Shown here one piece after another: positions 41,825-52,008 of a DNA stretch of 64,000 bases. The stretch's first letter is position 1, and each line of letters starts with the position of its first letter. Source of the stretch: Candidatus Marinacidobacterium sp. (GTDB lineage: Bacteria; Acidobacteriota; Vicinamibacteria; Marinacidobacterales; Marinacidobacteraceae); NCBI GenBank assembly GCA_965204755.1, contig OZ242011.1, positions 1,120,001-1,184,000 on the forward strand. The letters run 5' to 3'. A model generated the notes under the pieces. The model was not told where the DNA came from. It was given only the letters and a program-made list of their open reading frames with translations, and did not search any database. The position numbers were made by a program, and so were the translations under genes.

Positions 41825-41940
41825 CCAGGCGAGTCCTTCGCGCCGACCTGCCGCCGGACGGGCTGTCCGGAGTTGAAGCCCACTACAGTGGGTTCGTCAC
41901 GTTCTTCCCCGCCGGCCGAGTGGCCCGCCGGCTCGCGCTG

Positions 41941-42369
41941 TCAGCCGGCGACGGTCTCGAGGGCGACCGTCGGGGCGGCCGTAGCGCAGCAGGGCGGGGC
42001 CTCGGACTCCAAATCCTCGATGACGCGGTACCACTCCCAGCGGATCCCCTCGGGCTCCGTCGCCCAGACCTTGTTCTGGCGGGCGTGGCAGCAGGTCGTG
42101 TCCTCCTCGACCTCGTCGGCGAGGCCCTCCGCCCGGAGGCGGGCGATCGCCTCGTCCACCTCGGCGTCGTCTTCCACTTCCACGCCGAGGTGGTTCACCC
42201 GGTCCGGCGCGTCGGGGGACTCGAAGAGGACGAGTTTCAGCGGCGGCTCGGTGAGGGCGAAGTTGGCGTAACCGGGCTTGCGCTTGTTCGGCCGGGCGCC
42301 GAACAGCCGGGAGTAGAAGTCCACGGCGCGGTCGAGGTCGCGGACATTGAGGGCGAGTTGCAGTCGCAT
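41941..42369 (-). CDS. ArsI/CadI family VOC metalloenzyme (C-As lyase-like)
   Basis: RLQLALNVRDLD..FYSRLFG, PGYANF, NHLGVEV, TTCCHARQNKVW, WEWY. Confidence 0.9.
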   Translation of the reverse strand: MRLQLALNVRDLDRAVDFYSRLFGARPNKRKPGYANFALTEPPLKLVLFESPDAPDRVNHLGVEVEDDAEVDEAIARLRAEGLADEVEEDTTCCHARQNKVWATEPEGIRWEWYRVIEDLESEAPPCCATAAPTVALETVAG

Positions 42370-42389
42370 GGCGGTGTCTCCGTAGGGTT

Positions 42390-42695
42390 TCAGGAGCGCG
42401 GCTCGGCCGGCGCCCCCCGGCAGCAGTGTCGGGTCAGGAACCCGAGCAGGGCGTCCATGGCGGCGAAGTCGGCGCTGTAGATCAGCGACCGGCTCTCCCG
42501 CCGGCACCGGACGATCCCGGCGTTCCGGAGTTCCTTCAGGTGGAACGACAGCGTGGCGGCGGGCACTCCCAGCCGCTCGCCGACCGCGCCGGGGGTCAGC
42601 CCGCCGGGGCCGGCCTGCACCAGCAGCCGGAAGGCGTCCAGCCGGGTCTCCTGCGCCAGTGCGCCGAGCGCGTCCAGCGCCTGCGCTCGTTCCAT
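42390..42695 (-). CDS. ArsR/SmtB family repressor
   Basis: ALAQETRLDAFRLLV, ATLSFHLKEL, C-terminal HCC metal ligands. Confidence 0.92.
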   Translation of the reverse strand: MERAQALDALGALAQETRLDAFRLLVQAGPGGLTPGAVGERLGVPAATLSFHLKELRNAGIVRCRRESRSLIYSADFAAMDALLGFLTRHCCRGAPAEPRS

Positions 42696-42696
42696 A

Positions 42697-42730
42697 CTTC
42701 CATTATCATCGAATAATCGAACGCTGTCAA
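42697..42730 (-). promoter_or_regulatory. ars promoter/operator
   Basis: Minus strand TTGACA-N17-GATAAT, 6 nt before ATG, overlapped by the imperfect palindrome TTCGATGATAATGGAA. Confidence 0.7.
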
Positions 42731-42771
42731 CCCGGCCCGCCCTGCCACGGGGACGAGCCCTCCTCAAGGGG

Positions 42772-44002
42772 TCACGAGGACCCGGGGCCGTCCGACGCCG
42801 CTTCCATCCAACCCTCGGCGAACAGTTCCCCGAGCGACTCGACTGCGAGGGCGCTCTCGGCGTAGTCCAGCGTGAGCAGCGGCCGGATCGTCGCTTCCCG
42901 GGTCTCGGGATCGCGGCGACAGAGGAAGGTGGAGGGGTAGTCCGAAGCCTGCAGCCAAGCCAGGACGGCGGGGGAGTGGGTGGTGGCGATCACCTGCGGC
43001 GCGCCGTCGGTGCTCAGGCGCCGCATCAATTCGACGAGGACGCGGGCGCGATTCGCGTGGATGCCCTTCTCGATCCCCTCGATCGCCAGCAGGCCGGGCG
43101 CCGCGGGCCGGAAGAAAAGCGGCGACGATGGCGGCGAAGCGCAGCGTCCCGTCGCCGAGCGCGGTCGCCGGAAACTCCCGACCCCCTTCCCGGAGCAGGA
43201 ACAGCGACCCGCCGGGGGCGCCGCGCAGCGTTCCGACATCGTCCACTCCTTCCGGGCCGATTTCCCGAAGCCAGCCGAGGAAGCGGTCCTTGGTCCCGGC
43301 GTCGGCGCAGAGCGCCGCAACCACCGCGGCGAAGTTCTCGCCGCGTTCTCCCATCCGGTCCGCGCGCTGCGGCTCCGAGTACCGGCGCAGCACGGGAGGC
43401 GACGGGTCGAAACACCGGGTTTCCGCCAACTGCCGGGCGATGTCCTCGGCGACGCGCCGACGCTCCCGCGGGGCGTCGGCCTGCTCGACGAACTGCCGCA
43501 GGACCGGTCGCGCGCGATCCATCCACCAGGTCCGCAGACCTCCCGGCGCCCCGGTGAAACGCCGAACCCCGATCAGCGACCGATGGGGAAGATCGCCGGC
43601 CGGGGTATCGAAGTAGTCATAGCCCGCGACCACCAAGTTCTCCCGCGCCACCCTCCCGTCCGCCGGCGAGATGATGATCGAGTAGCGCCACTCCGGTCCG
43701 TCGGGCAGTTGGCCGGCAACGGCGAACTCGAATCGGTCAGCCACGCGTTTGCCCCGGTGGCAGGCGAAGGCGCTGCCGCCGCGGATTCCACCGGAGGTCG
43801 TCCCGCTGGCGGCGTTCTCCAGTTTCCCGTCGAGACACTCGCTGACGGTGGCGCCGGCGCCGATGCCCTGCAGCACGCGAAGCGCGTCGAAGAAATTCGA
43901 CTTGCCGCTCGCGTTGGCCCCGACGAGAAGGTTCATCGCCCGGAGGTTCACCTCCGCGTGGCGGCAACTCTTGAAGTTGCGGATCGTGATCTTGGTGAGC
44001 AT
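42772..44002 (-). pseudogene. ABC/AAA_21-type ATPase, frameshifted
   Basis: Walker A GANASGKSN and signature LGDGTLRF lie in one frame; Walker B region LLAIEGIEKGIH and QVIATTHSP lie in another. The shift is at the A4 run 43115-43118. Confidence 0.8.
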
Positions 44003-44192
44003 CGGGAGTGCGGGGCGAGTCCGTTCCCCTCGGAGAGACCCGCAGGACGGCCGGCCCGGAGCGTCGAGGAGCGCGGAGGCAGGTTACCGGCGGTTCCCCT
44101 GCCCGACGGCGACCGGTTCCGCCGCACCCGGCGCCACCTTCCCCGCTCTCGGCGCCGACGGGGGCGCCGCCCGCCTCGGGGCGGATCCTTCC

Positions 44193-44255
44193 TTGTTTGT
44201 GGTTTCGCAAACAAGGGAGTGGCTTGTTCGCGGAAACGCCGCAAACCGCAAACAA
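44193..44255. repeat. Cluster of inverted TTGTTTG/GCAAACAA motifs
   Basis: TTGTTTGTGGTTT (44193) vs AAACCGCAAACAA (ends 44255), plus the hairpin CCTTGTTTG...CAAACAAGG. Confidence 0.6.
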
Positions 44256-44324
44256 CGACTCCCCGGAGACGGATCGCCCGCGCCCGTTCCGCCGGCCGCT
44301 CGCGCGCCGGGCCGTCCGGCCCCG

Positions 44325-44396
44325 TGGGCGGTGAAGGATTCGAACCTTCGACCCCCTGCGTGTAAGGCAGGTGCTCTGCCGCTGAGCCAACCGCCC
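44325..44396 (-). tRNA. tRNA-Val(TAC), CCA not encoded
   Basis: GGGCGGTTGGCTCAGCGGCAGAGCACCTGCCTTACACGCAGGGGGTCGAAGGTTCGAATCCTTCACCGCCCA cloverleaf. Confidence 0.96.
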
Positions 44397-44537
44397 TCCG
44401 GCGCGGGCCCCTCCCGCGCGCCCCCGTCGGGCCGGATTCTCGCACCTCGCGTCGTCAGGTCCGGCCCCGCCCCTGCCGCCGGGGCGCCGCGACGGGCGGA
44501 ACCGGCGCCGGGCGGGGAGCGTTAGGAACGGGAGCCC

Positions 44538-45659
44538 ATGAAGCGAATCCTCCTCATCCTGCTCATCACCCTGGTGGTCGCCGGCGCCGCGGCGGTCGCG
44601 ACCGGGGTCGTCTCCGGGGGCGGCGGGACGCCCGAGGCCGCGAACGCCGAGGCCGCGGAAGAGACGGCCACGCCGGTGCGCGTCGCCGCCGCGAAGTCGG
44701 GGCCGGTGACCCTGCACCTGGAGACCACCTCGGCGGTGGAGGCGGAGCGCACCGCGAAGGTGCTGCCCCAGACCTCCGGGCTGCTCACCGAGATCCTCGT
44801 CCGGGAAGGGGAGATCGTCGAGGCCGGAGAGCCCCTGGCCCGGGTGGACGCCCGCGAGCGGCGGCTCGCCTTCGACCAGGCGAAACTCCGGCTCTCCCGC
44901 GCCGAGGCGGAACTCGCCCGGCAACAGCGGGCGTTCGAGCAGGAACTGGTCTCGGAGTACGACTACGAAAAGGCGCTCTTCGACCGGGACCTCGCCGCCT
45001 CCGAACTGGAGACGGCGCAACTGACGCTCGACCGGACGGAGGTCCGGGCGCCGTTCGCCGGGCGGATCACCGAGGTGCTGCTCGTCGAGGGGGAACACCT
45101 GAACGAGGCGCAGCACCTGCTGACCATCGCCGACTTCGAGACGCTGATCGCCCGGCTCTACCTGCCGGAGCGCGATGTGGCCGGGCTCGCCCCGGGGCAG
45201 CCCGCCGTCGTCCGCCCGGAGTCCGGCCCGGCGGGCGCGGGGCTCACCGGGCGCATCCGCGAAGTCAGCCCGGTGGTGGACCGCGCCACCGGCACGGTCA
45301 AGGTGACCGTCGCCATCCCCGCTGACGGCGCGCGGGGAGGCCTCGGCGCGAACGGCGCCGGCGGCGGGGTGCGGCCCGGATCGTTCGCCCGGGTGGTGAT
45401 CGAGACCGGACGCCGGGAGGACGCGGTGCTCGCGCCGAAGCGCGCCGTGGTGCAGAACGGGAACGGCGAGGCGCATGTCTTCGTGGTCGAAAACGGCCGG
45501 GCGGTACGCCGGGAAGTCACCGTCGGGGCGGAGATGGACAGCGGCGAGGGCGCCCTGATCGAACTCGTCGAAGGGCTGGAGAGCGGGGCGCAGGTCGTGG
45601 TCGCCGGGCACGCGGCGCTCGCCGCCGGGGCCGCGGTCGAAGTCCTGCCGACCTCCTGA
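44538..45659 (+). CDS. RND efflux periplasmic adaptor (MFP) subunit
   Basis: N-terminal TM, VREGEIVEAGEPLA lipoyl half, RAPFAGRI, SPVVDRATGT, RPGSFARV. Confidence 0.93.
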   Translation: MKRILLILLITLVVAGAAAVATGVVSGGGGTPEAANAEAAEETATPVRVAAAKSGPVTLHLETTSAVEAERTAKVLPQTSGLLTEILVREGEIVEAGEPLARVDARERRLAFDQAKLRLSRAEAELARQQRAFEQELVSEYDYEKALFDRDLAASELETAQLTLDRTEVRAPFAGRITEVLLVEGEHLNEAQHLLTIADFETLIARLYLPERDVAGLAPGQPAVVRPESGPAGAGLTGRIREVSPVVDRATGTVKVTVAIPADGARGGLGANGAGGGVRPGSFARVVIETGRREDAVLAPKRAVVQNGNGEAHVFVVENGRAVRREVTVGAEMDSGEGALIELVEGLESGAQVVVAGHAALAAGAAVEVLPTS

Positions 45660-45708
45660 CCTCCACCGGACGAATCGAGCCGCCGGGGCCGCTCCGGGAG
45701 ACGACTCG

Positions 45709-48700
45709 GTGAACTCCCTGATCGCCGCCTGCATCCGGCGGCCGGTGAGCGTGGCCATGTTCACCGTGGCCGCCTGCGTCTTCGGCCTGGTGTCTCTCGG
45801 CCGGCTGCCGGTGAACCTGCTGCCGGAGATCTCCTACCCGACGCTCACCGTGGAAACGCGGCTGCCGGGCGCGGCGCCGATCGAGGTCGAGACCTTCGTC
45901 ACCCGTCCCCTCGAGGAAGAGGTCGGGGTGGTGCCCGGGCTCCGGCGGGTCACTTCGCGCTCCCGAGCCGGGACTTCGGAGGTCACGCTCGAGTTCGCCT
46001 GGGACACCGACATGGACTTCGCCGGGCTCGATGTCCGGGAGAAGTTGGACACCGTGCAGTTGCCGGAGGACGCCGAGCGGCCGCGGCTCCTGCGGTTCGA
46101 CCCCGCATCCGACGCGGTGCTGCGGCTGGGCCTTTCGGGCGAAAACCCTCTCTCCGACCTGCGCGAGTGGGCCGAGGAGGACCTCAAGAAGGACCTCGAC
46201 TCGGTGGACGGCGTCGCGGCGGTGCGGATCGAGGGCGGGCTCGTCCGCGAGATCCAGGTGGATGTGGACCAGGGCCGGCTGGCGGCGTACGGCATCACCG
46301 TGGAACAGGTGCGGAACGCGCTCTCCGGGAACAATGTGAACCTCGCCGGCGGCAGCGTGTACGAGGACGAGGCGCGTTACCTGGTCCGCACGCTGAACGA
46401 ACTGGACACCCTCGACCGGATCGGGGCGGTGATCGTCAAGAACGAGGACGGGCGGCGGGTGCGGCTCCGGGATGTGGCGGCCGTATCCGCCGGCTTCCGC
46501 GACCAGGAAGTCATCCTGCGGCAGGACGGCGCGGAAGGGGTCGAACTCCGCATCTTCAAGGAGGGCGACGCGAACACGGTGCAGGTCGCCGCGGGGGTGA
46601 AGCAGCGGCTCGAGGAACTCGAGGACGCCGTGCCCGGGGGAATGGCGCTGGCCGTCCTGTTCGACCAGTCGCAGTTCATCGAAGGGGCGATCTCCGAAGT
46701 CACCCGGAACGCCTGGGAGGGCGGGCTGCTCGCCATCCTGGTGATCGCCCTGTTCCTGCGCGACCGGCGCGCCACCGCGGTGGTGGCGATGGCGATCCCG
46801 GTGTCGGTGGTGGCCACCTTCTTCGTGATGCAGCAGATGGGGCTTTCGCTCAACATCATGTCGCTCGGCGGGCTGGCCCTCGGCGTCGGGATGCTGCTCG
46901 ACGACTCCATCGTCGTCCTGGAATCCATCCACCGGCGGCGGGCCGGCGGCGAAGCGGCGCGGGACGCGGCGGTCTCCGGCGCCGGCGAAGTGGCCGGGCC
47001 GGTCGTCGCCTCCACGCTGACCACGGTGGCGGTGTTCCTGCCCATCGTCTTCGTGGAGGGGGTCGCCGGGCAGTTGTTCCGCGACCAGGCGCTCACCGTC
47101 TCGATCTCGATCCTCGCTTCGCTGGGTTTCTCGCTGGCGCTGATTCCCGTGCTCGCGAGCCGCGCGCGCGACGCCGCCGCCGCACCGGCCGATGCCGGCT
47201 CACCGGGCCGCGCCGCCCGCCTCCTCCGGGGATCCCGTACGGCGCTCGATTTCCTCGGCCGCGGGCTGCTCTACCCGCTCCGGCCGATCCTCGCCGGGTT
47301 CACCGCTGTCGAAGGATGGATCGCCGGCGCGTATCCGCGAACCGTCCGCACCGCGCTGCGCCACCCGGGCGCGGTCTTCTCTCTCTCCGCCCTGCTGTTC
47401 GTCGGATCGCTCTGGGCGGGGCGCGCCGCCGTCGGCGTCGAACTCATCCCGGCCCTCTCCCAGGGCGAGTTCCACTTCGAGGTTCTCCTGCCGGAGGGCT
47501 CGGCGGTCTCCGCCACCGACGGCGTCATCGAGGACGCCGGACGAACCGCCCGCGCCCACCCGGCGGTGGCGCGGGTCACCACCGAAGCCGGGGCGGGCAG
47601 CGGCGCGGGGATGTCCTCCGGGGGAGGCCGCGCGGAACATCGGGGCCGCATCTCGGTGGTGATGGCCGACCGGGACGACGCCGAGGCCGAAGCGGAAGTG
47701 ATCGCCGCGCTCCGGGCCGACCTGGCGGGGAGACCCGGCCTCCGCTACGAGTTCGGGCGGCCCTCCTGGTTCAGTTTCCGCCGGCCGGTGGAGATGGAGG
47801 TCTATTCCGTCGAACGCGACGCGCTGGTCCCGAACGCGCGGCGCATCCGGGACGCTGTCGCCGGCCTGTCGGGACTGGCCGATGTCTCGAGTTCCGCCGA
47901 GGCCGGCAGCCCGGAGATCCGGGTGCAGTTCGCCGCCGACCGGCTGGCGGCGATGGGGCTGTCCGTGGACGCCGCCTCGACCGCGCTCCGCTCCAAGTTG
48001 CGCGGCGAAGTCGCCACCCGGCTGGACGAGGGCGACCGCCGGGTGGATGTGGTGGTGCGGGGAACACAAGACCTCCGTTCGCGCGCCTCCGCGGTGCCGG
48101 AGTTGATCGTCCACGCCGAGGACGCCCGCCCGGTGCCGCTCCGCGCGCTCGGCAGTTCCGTGGTGAGCGAAGGCCCGGCGGAACTGCGCCGGGTGGGGCA
48201 GCGGCCGGCGGTGGTCATCTCGGCGAACCTCGACGGCGCCGACCTGGAGAGCGCCGCCGCCGCCATCGAACGCCGGGTGGCCGGCCTCGCGCTGCCGTCC
48301 GGGGTGAGCACCCGGTTCAGCGGCCAGCGCGAGGAGATGCAGCGCTCCTTCCGCAGTCTGGCGCTCGCCATCGGTCTGGCCATCTTCCTCGTGTACTTCG
48401 TGATGGCGAGCCAGTTCGAGTCGCTGCTGCATCCGTTCCTGATCCTGTTCACCATTCCCCTCGGCGCCGTCGGCGTGGTGCTCGCGCTGCTGCTCACCGG
48501 CGCGACGGTGAGCGTGATCGTGCTCATCGGGGTGGTGATGCTCGCCGGCATCGTGGTGAAGAACGCCATCGTCCTGGTGGACTGCATCAACCGGTTGCGG
48601 GCGTCGGGGATGGAGAAGGCAGAGGCCATCGTCGCCGCCGGGCGGATGCGGCTGCGGCCCATCCTGATGACCACGCTCACCACGATCCTGGGCCTCACCC

Positions 48701-48852
48701 CGATGGCCCTCGGACTCGGCGCCGGCGCCGAGATCCGGTCCCCGATGGCCGTGACCGTGATCGGGGGGCTGCTGGTTTCGACGGCGCTCACCCTGATCGT
48801 GATCCCCACCGCGTACTCGGTCTTCGACCGCAAGCGATTCGAGGCGCCGTGA
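45709..48852 (+). CDS. RND efflux permease subunit (AcrB family)
   Basis: RRPVSV, GMLLDDSIVVLE, GIVVKNAIVLVD, RLRPILMT. Confidence 0.96.
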   Translation: MNSLIAACIRRPVSVAMFTVAACVFGLVSLGRLPVNLLPEISYPTLTVETRLPGAAPIEVETFVTRPLEEEVGVVPGLRRVTSRSRAGTSEVTLEFAWDTDMDFAGLDVREKLDTVQLPEDAERPRLLRFDPASDAVLRLGLSGENPLSDLREWAEEDLKKDLDSVDGVAAVRIEGGLVREIQVDVDQGRLAAYGITVEQVRNALSGNNVNLAGGSVYEDEARYLVRTLNELDTLDRIGAVIVKNEDGRRVRLRDVAAVSAGFRDQEVILRQDGAEGVELRIFKEGDANTVQVAAGVKQRLEELEDAVPGGMALAVLFDQSQFIEGAISEVTRNAWEGGLLAILVIALFLRDRRATAVVAMAIPVSVVATFFVMQQMGLSLNIMSLGGLALGVGMLLDDSIVVLESIHRRRAGGEAARDAAVSGAGEVAGPVVASTLTTVAVFLPIVFVEGVAGQLFRDQALTVSISILASLGFSLALIPVLASRARDAAAAPADAGSPGRAARLLRGSRTALDFLGRGLLYPLRPILAGFTAVEGWIAGAYPRTVRTALRHPGAVFSLSALLFVGSLWAGRAAVGVELIPALSQGEFHFEVLLPEGSAVSATDGVIEDAGRTARAHPAVARVTTEAGAGSGAGMSSGGGRAEHRGRISVVMADRDDAEAEAEVIAALRADLAGRPGLRYEFGRPSWFSFRRPVEMEVYSVERDALVPNARRIRDAVAGLSGLADVSSSAEAGSPEIRVQFAADRLAAMGLSVDAASTALRSKLRGEVATRLDEGDRRVDVVVRGTQDLRSRASAVPELIVHAEDARPVPLRALGSSVVSEGPAELRRVGQRPAVVISANLDGADLESAAAAIERRVAGLALPSGVSTRFSGQREEMQRSFRSLALAIGLAIFLVYFVMASQFESLLHPFLILFTIPLGAVGVVLALLLTGATVSVIVLIGVVMLAGIVVKNAIVLVDCINRLRASGMEKAEAIVAAGRMRLRPILMTTLTTILGLTPMALGLGAGAEIRSPMAVTVIGGLLVSTALTLIVIPTAYSVFDRKRFEAP

Positions 48853-51800
48853 GTCTTCCCCGCCTCTCGGTGAACCGCCCGGTCACCACCGCGATGCTGC
48901 TGCTGAGCGTCCTGACGCTCGGCGCGATCAGTTTCACCCGGATCCCCCTCGCCTACCTGCCGGATGTGGACTTCCCGGCGGTCTTCGTCACCGTCCCCTA
49001 CCCGAACTCCAACCCGCTGCAGATCGAGCGGGAGATCGTCCGTCCGCTCGAAGAGGCGCTCGCCACCATTCCCGGGGCGCGCCGCATCAACGCGACCGCC
49101 ACCGCCGACCAGGCCCAACTGCAACTCGACTTCACCTGGGGCGAGACGGTGGATGTGGCCCGCGCCAAGGTCTTCGAAGCCGTGGAGGACGCGCGGCCGG
49201 ACCTCCCGACCGATGTTCGCGAAGTCTTCGTGAACACTTTCTCGACGACCCGGATTCCCATCGTCGAGGCGCGGATCTCGGCGCCGGGACTCGACCTGTC
49301 GGCGAACTACGAACGGCTGGAGCGGCGGATCGCCGACCCCATCCGGCGGGTGCCCGGGGTCGCCCGCGTGGACCTCAGCGGCGTGGAACCGCGCGAAGTG
49401 CGCATCAACCTGCGCACCGACCGCATCGCCGCCCACCGGGTGGACATCGGGGAAGTCGCGGCGCGCGTTGAGAACCTGAACCGCAACCTGCCCCTCGGCA
49501 GCATCCGCACCGAAGGAGGCGTGACCCCGGTGCGGGGTTTCGGCGCGCTGGACGCGATCGACCAGATCGGCGCCTTCCCGCTGAACGACCGCGGGCTGCG
49601 CGTCGCCGACATCGCGGAAGTCACCTACCGCGAGCCGCCCATCGGGTTCGGCCGCCACCTGAACGACGAAGCGGCCATCGGGCTCAGCGTGTTCAAGAGC
49701 GCCGAAGCGAACACCGTCGAAGTCGCGACCGAGGTCACCGCGCTGATCGAGAGCGAGATCGCCGCCGACCCGGCGCTCGCCGGCATCAGCCTGCTGGTGT
49801 TCGAAGACCAGGCGGCGCAGATCACTTCCGGCCTCGCCGGCATCCGGACCGAAGGACTCCTCGGGGCGCTGCTCGCGGTGTTCGTGCTGTTCCTGTTCCT
49901 GCGCCGGGTGGACACCACTTCCATCGTCAGCCTGACGATCCCGATGTCCATCATCGCCGCCGCGATCATCCTCTACTTCGCGGGAAGGTCGCTGAATGTC
50001 CTCTCGATGATGGGCATGATGCTGGGCGTGGGTCTGCTGGTGGACGACGCCATCGTGGTGCTCGAATCCATCGTGCGCGAACACGGGCGCGGGCTCCGCG
50101 CCAAGGCGGCCGCGATCGTGGGCGCCCACGCCGTCTCCGGGCCGGTGATCGCCTCGACGATCACCACCGCGATCGTGTTCCTGCCGACCGTCGTGGGCGC
50201 GAAGAACCCGATGTCCATCTGGCTGGGCGAAATCGGGCTGGCGCTTTCGCTGACGGTCTTCTGTTCGCTGTTCATCTCGCTGACGCTCATCCCGCTCGTG
50301 AGTTCGCGCCTGCTGGCGCGCCGCGCTTCGGTGGCGCCCCGGTGGACCGAGCGGCTGGCGGACGCCTACCGGCGCCTCCTGCGGGTGACGCTGCGCCGCC
50401 GCTGGATCACCGCCGGGGTCGCCGCCGCGTTCCTCCTGAGCGCCGTCCTGCCGTTCTTCCTCGGCCTTTCGACCGCGGTGTTCGCCGGGCTGAACCGCAA
50501 CCGGATCTTCCTCGCCTACGAGTTCAGCGACTTCCACTACCGCGCCGACGCCGAACGGGTGGTGGACCGGGTGGAGGACGCGCTTCGTCCGCTGCGCGAA
50601 CCGCTGGGGATCGAGTCGGTTTACAGTTACTTCGCCGAGAACGAAGCGCAGACGGTGCTGTCGTTCGGGGACGAACATGTCTCGGACGACGAAGGCGCGG
50701 AACTGCGCGACCGGATCCGCGAGGCGCTGCCGACGCTGCCGGGCGTCCGCGTCCTCTTCGGGGACGACGACCGGGATACCGGAGGGAGCAGCATGTTCTT
50801 CCGGGTGAACCTCTACGGCGACGACTCCGGCGAGTTGACCGCGCTCGCGGAACGGGCGGCCGAGGGTTTGGCCGCCGTCGAGGGGGTCACGGACATCGAG
50901 AGCCGCGAGGAATCCCCCCGGCGGGAAGTGATCGTGCGTCCGCGCCTCGAAGAAGCGGCGCTCTACGGCATCACGCCCCGCGACCTCTCGGACATCTTCG
51001 GCTTCTCGCTCGGCGGCCGGCGCCTGAGGCGTTTCCAGACCGGCGAGCGGGAAGTGGAAGTGCTGCTGACCATGTCGCAGCAGGATGTTTCGCGGGTGGA
51101 GGACCTCCGGAACTTCACCCTGATCGGCGACGGCGGCTCACCGGTGCATCTCGGCAGCCTCGCCGACTTCGAAGTCGTGGAGCGGAAGCGCGCCGTCCGC
51201 CGGGTGGACCGGAAGGGGGTGGCCACCGTCCGCGCCTCTTACGGAGGGGACGACTGGAACGCCGCGCGCGAGGAGATCGAGACCGGCATGGACGGCCTCG
51301 CGCTCCCGCCCGGCGTCTCCTGGTCGTTCGGCGAACGGATCAGCCGGCAGGACACCGACCTCCGGAACATGGCGGTGAACTACCTGCTGGCGCTCCTCCT
51401 CATCTACATCGTGATGGCGGCGCAGTTCGAGTCGCTCATCCACCCGTTCGCCATCCTGATCTCGATCCCCTACGCGCTCTGGGGAGCGGCTTGGCTGCTG
51501 CTCGCCACCGGCAGCCCGTTCAACCTGATGGCGCAGATCGGGCTGCTCATCCTGATGGGTATCGTCGTCAAGAACGGGATCGTGCTCATCGATCATGTGA
51601 ACGCGCTCCGGCGCGGCGGGATGGAGCGGTCGGAGGCCCTGCTGGTCGGCGGCCGGGAGCGGCTGCGCCCGATCCTGATGACCGCCGGCGCGACCATGCT
51701 GGCGCTCGTCCCGATGAGCCTCGGGCGGGCCGGGCTGGACGGCCTCTACTACTACCCGCTCGCCCGGACGGTGATCGGCGGCCTGGCGGCCTCCACCGTC

Positions 51801-51953
51801 CTCACGCTGGTGATCCTCCCGTTCTTCTACACGCTGCTCGACGACCTCGGCCTCCGCGCCCGCCGCCTCTGGCGGGACTCCACGCCGGCCCGCGCCCGCC
51901 CCGAAGCCGCCTCCGCGCTTCCCGCCGGAGTTCCCGAAGGCGCCGCGGGCTGA
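48849..51953 (+). CDS. Second RND efflux permease subunit
   Basis: GTG start overlapping the previous stop; NRPVTT, GLLVDDAIVVLE, GIVVKNGI, RLRPILMT. Confidence 0.95.
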   Translation: MSLPRLSVNRPVTTAMLLLSVLTLGAISFTRIPLAYLPDVDFPAVFVTVPYPNSNPLQIEREIVRPLEEALATIPGARRINATATADQAQLQLDFTWGETVDVARAKVFEAVEDARPDLPTDVREVFVNTFSTTRIPIVEARISAPGLDLSANYERLERRIADPIRRVPGVARVDLSGVEPREVRINLRTDRIAAHRVDIGEVAARVENLNRNLPLGSIRTEGGVTPVRGFGALDAIDQIGAFPLNDRGLRVADIAEVTYREPPIGFGRHLNDEAAIGLSVFKSAEANTVEVATEVTALIESEIAADPALAGISLLVFEDQAAQITSGLAGIRTEGLLGALLAVFVLFLFLRRVDTTSIVSLTIPMSIIAAAIILYFAGRSLNVLSMMGMMLGVGLLVDDAIVVLESIVREHGRGLRAKAAAIVGAHAVSGPVIASTITTAIVFLPTVVGAKNPMSIWLGEIGLALSLTVFCSLFISLTLIPLVSSRLLARRASVAPRWTERLADAYRRLLRVTLRRRWITAGVAAAFLLSAVLPFFLGLSTAVFAGLNRNRIFLAYEFSDFHYRADAERVVDRVEDALRPLREPLGIESVYSYFAENEAQTVLSFGDEHVSDDEGAELRDRIREALPTLPGVRVLFGDDDRDTGGSSMFFRVNLYGDDSGELTALAERAAEGLAAVEGVTDIESREESPRREVIVRPRLEEAALYGITPRDLSDIFGFSLGGRRLRRFQTGEREVEVLLTMSQQDVSRVEDLRNFTLIGDGGSPVHLGSLADFEVVERKRAVRRVDRKGVATVRASYGGDDWNAAREEIETGMDGLALPPGVSWSFGERISRQDTDLRNMAVNYLLALLLIYIVMAAQFESLIHPFAILISIPYALWGAAWLLLATGSPFNLMAQIGLLILMGIVVKNGIVLIDHVNALRRGGMERSEALLVGGRERLRPILMTAGATMLALVPMSLGRAGLDGLYYYPLARTVIGGLAASTVLTLVILPFFYTLLDDLGLRARRLWRDSTPARARPEAASALPAGVPEGAAG

Positions 51954-52008
51954 CGGCGCCTCGCCGCGAGGCGGCCGGCCTGCCCGGCGGCGGGATAATC
52001 CCGCCTCC

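Noticed and set aside
46167-48848. N-terminal ~890 aa of the 1928-aa ORF
   Set aside because: Alternative frame of the first RND gene; the real second permease starts at GTG 48849.
44538-51953. Two tandem RND permeases as a novel system
   Set aside because: MFP plus two permeases is a known heteromeric arrangement (MdtABC-like). Both have intact DD/K/R proton-relay motifs.
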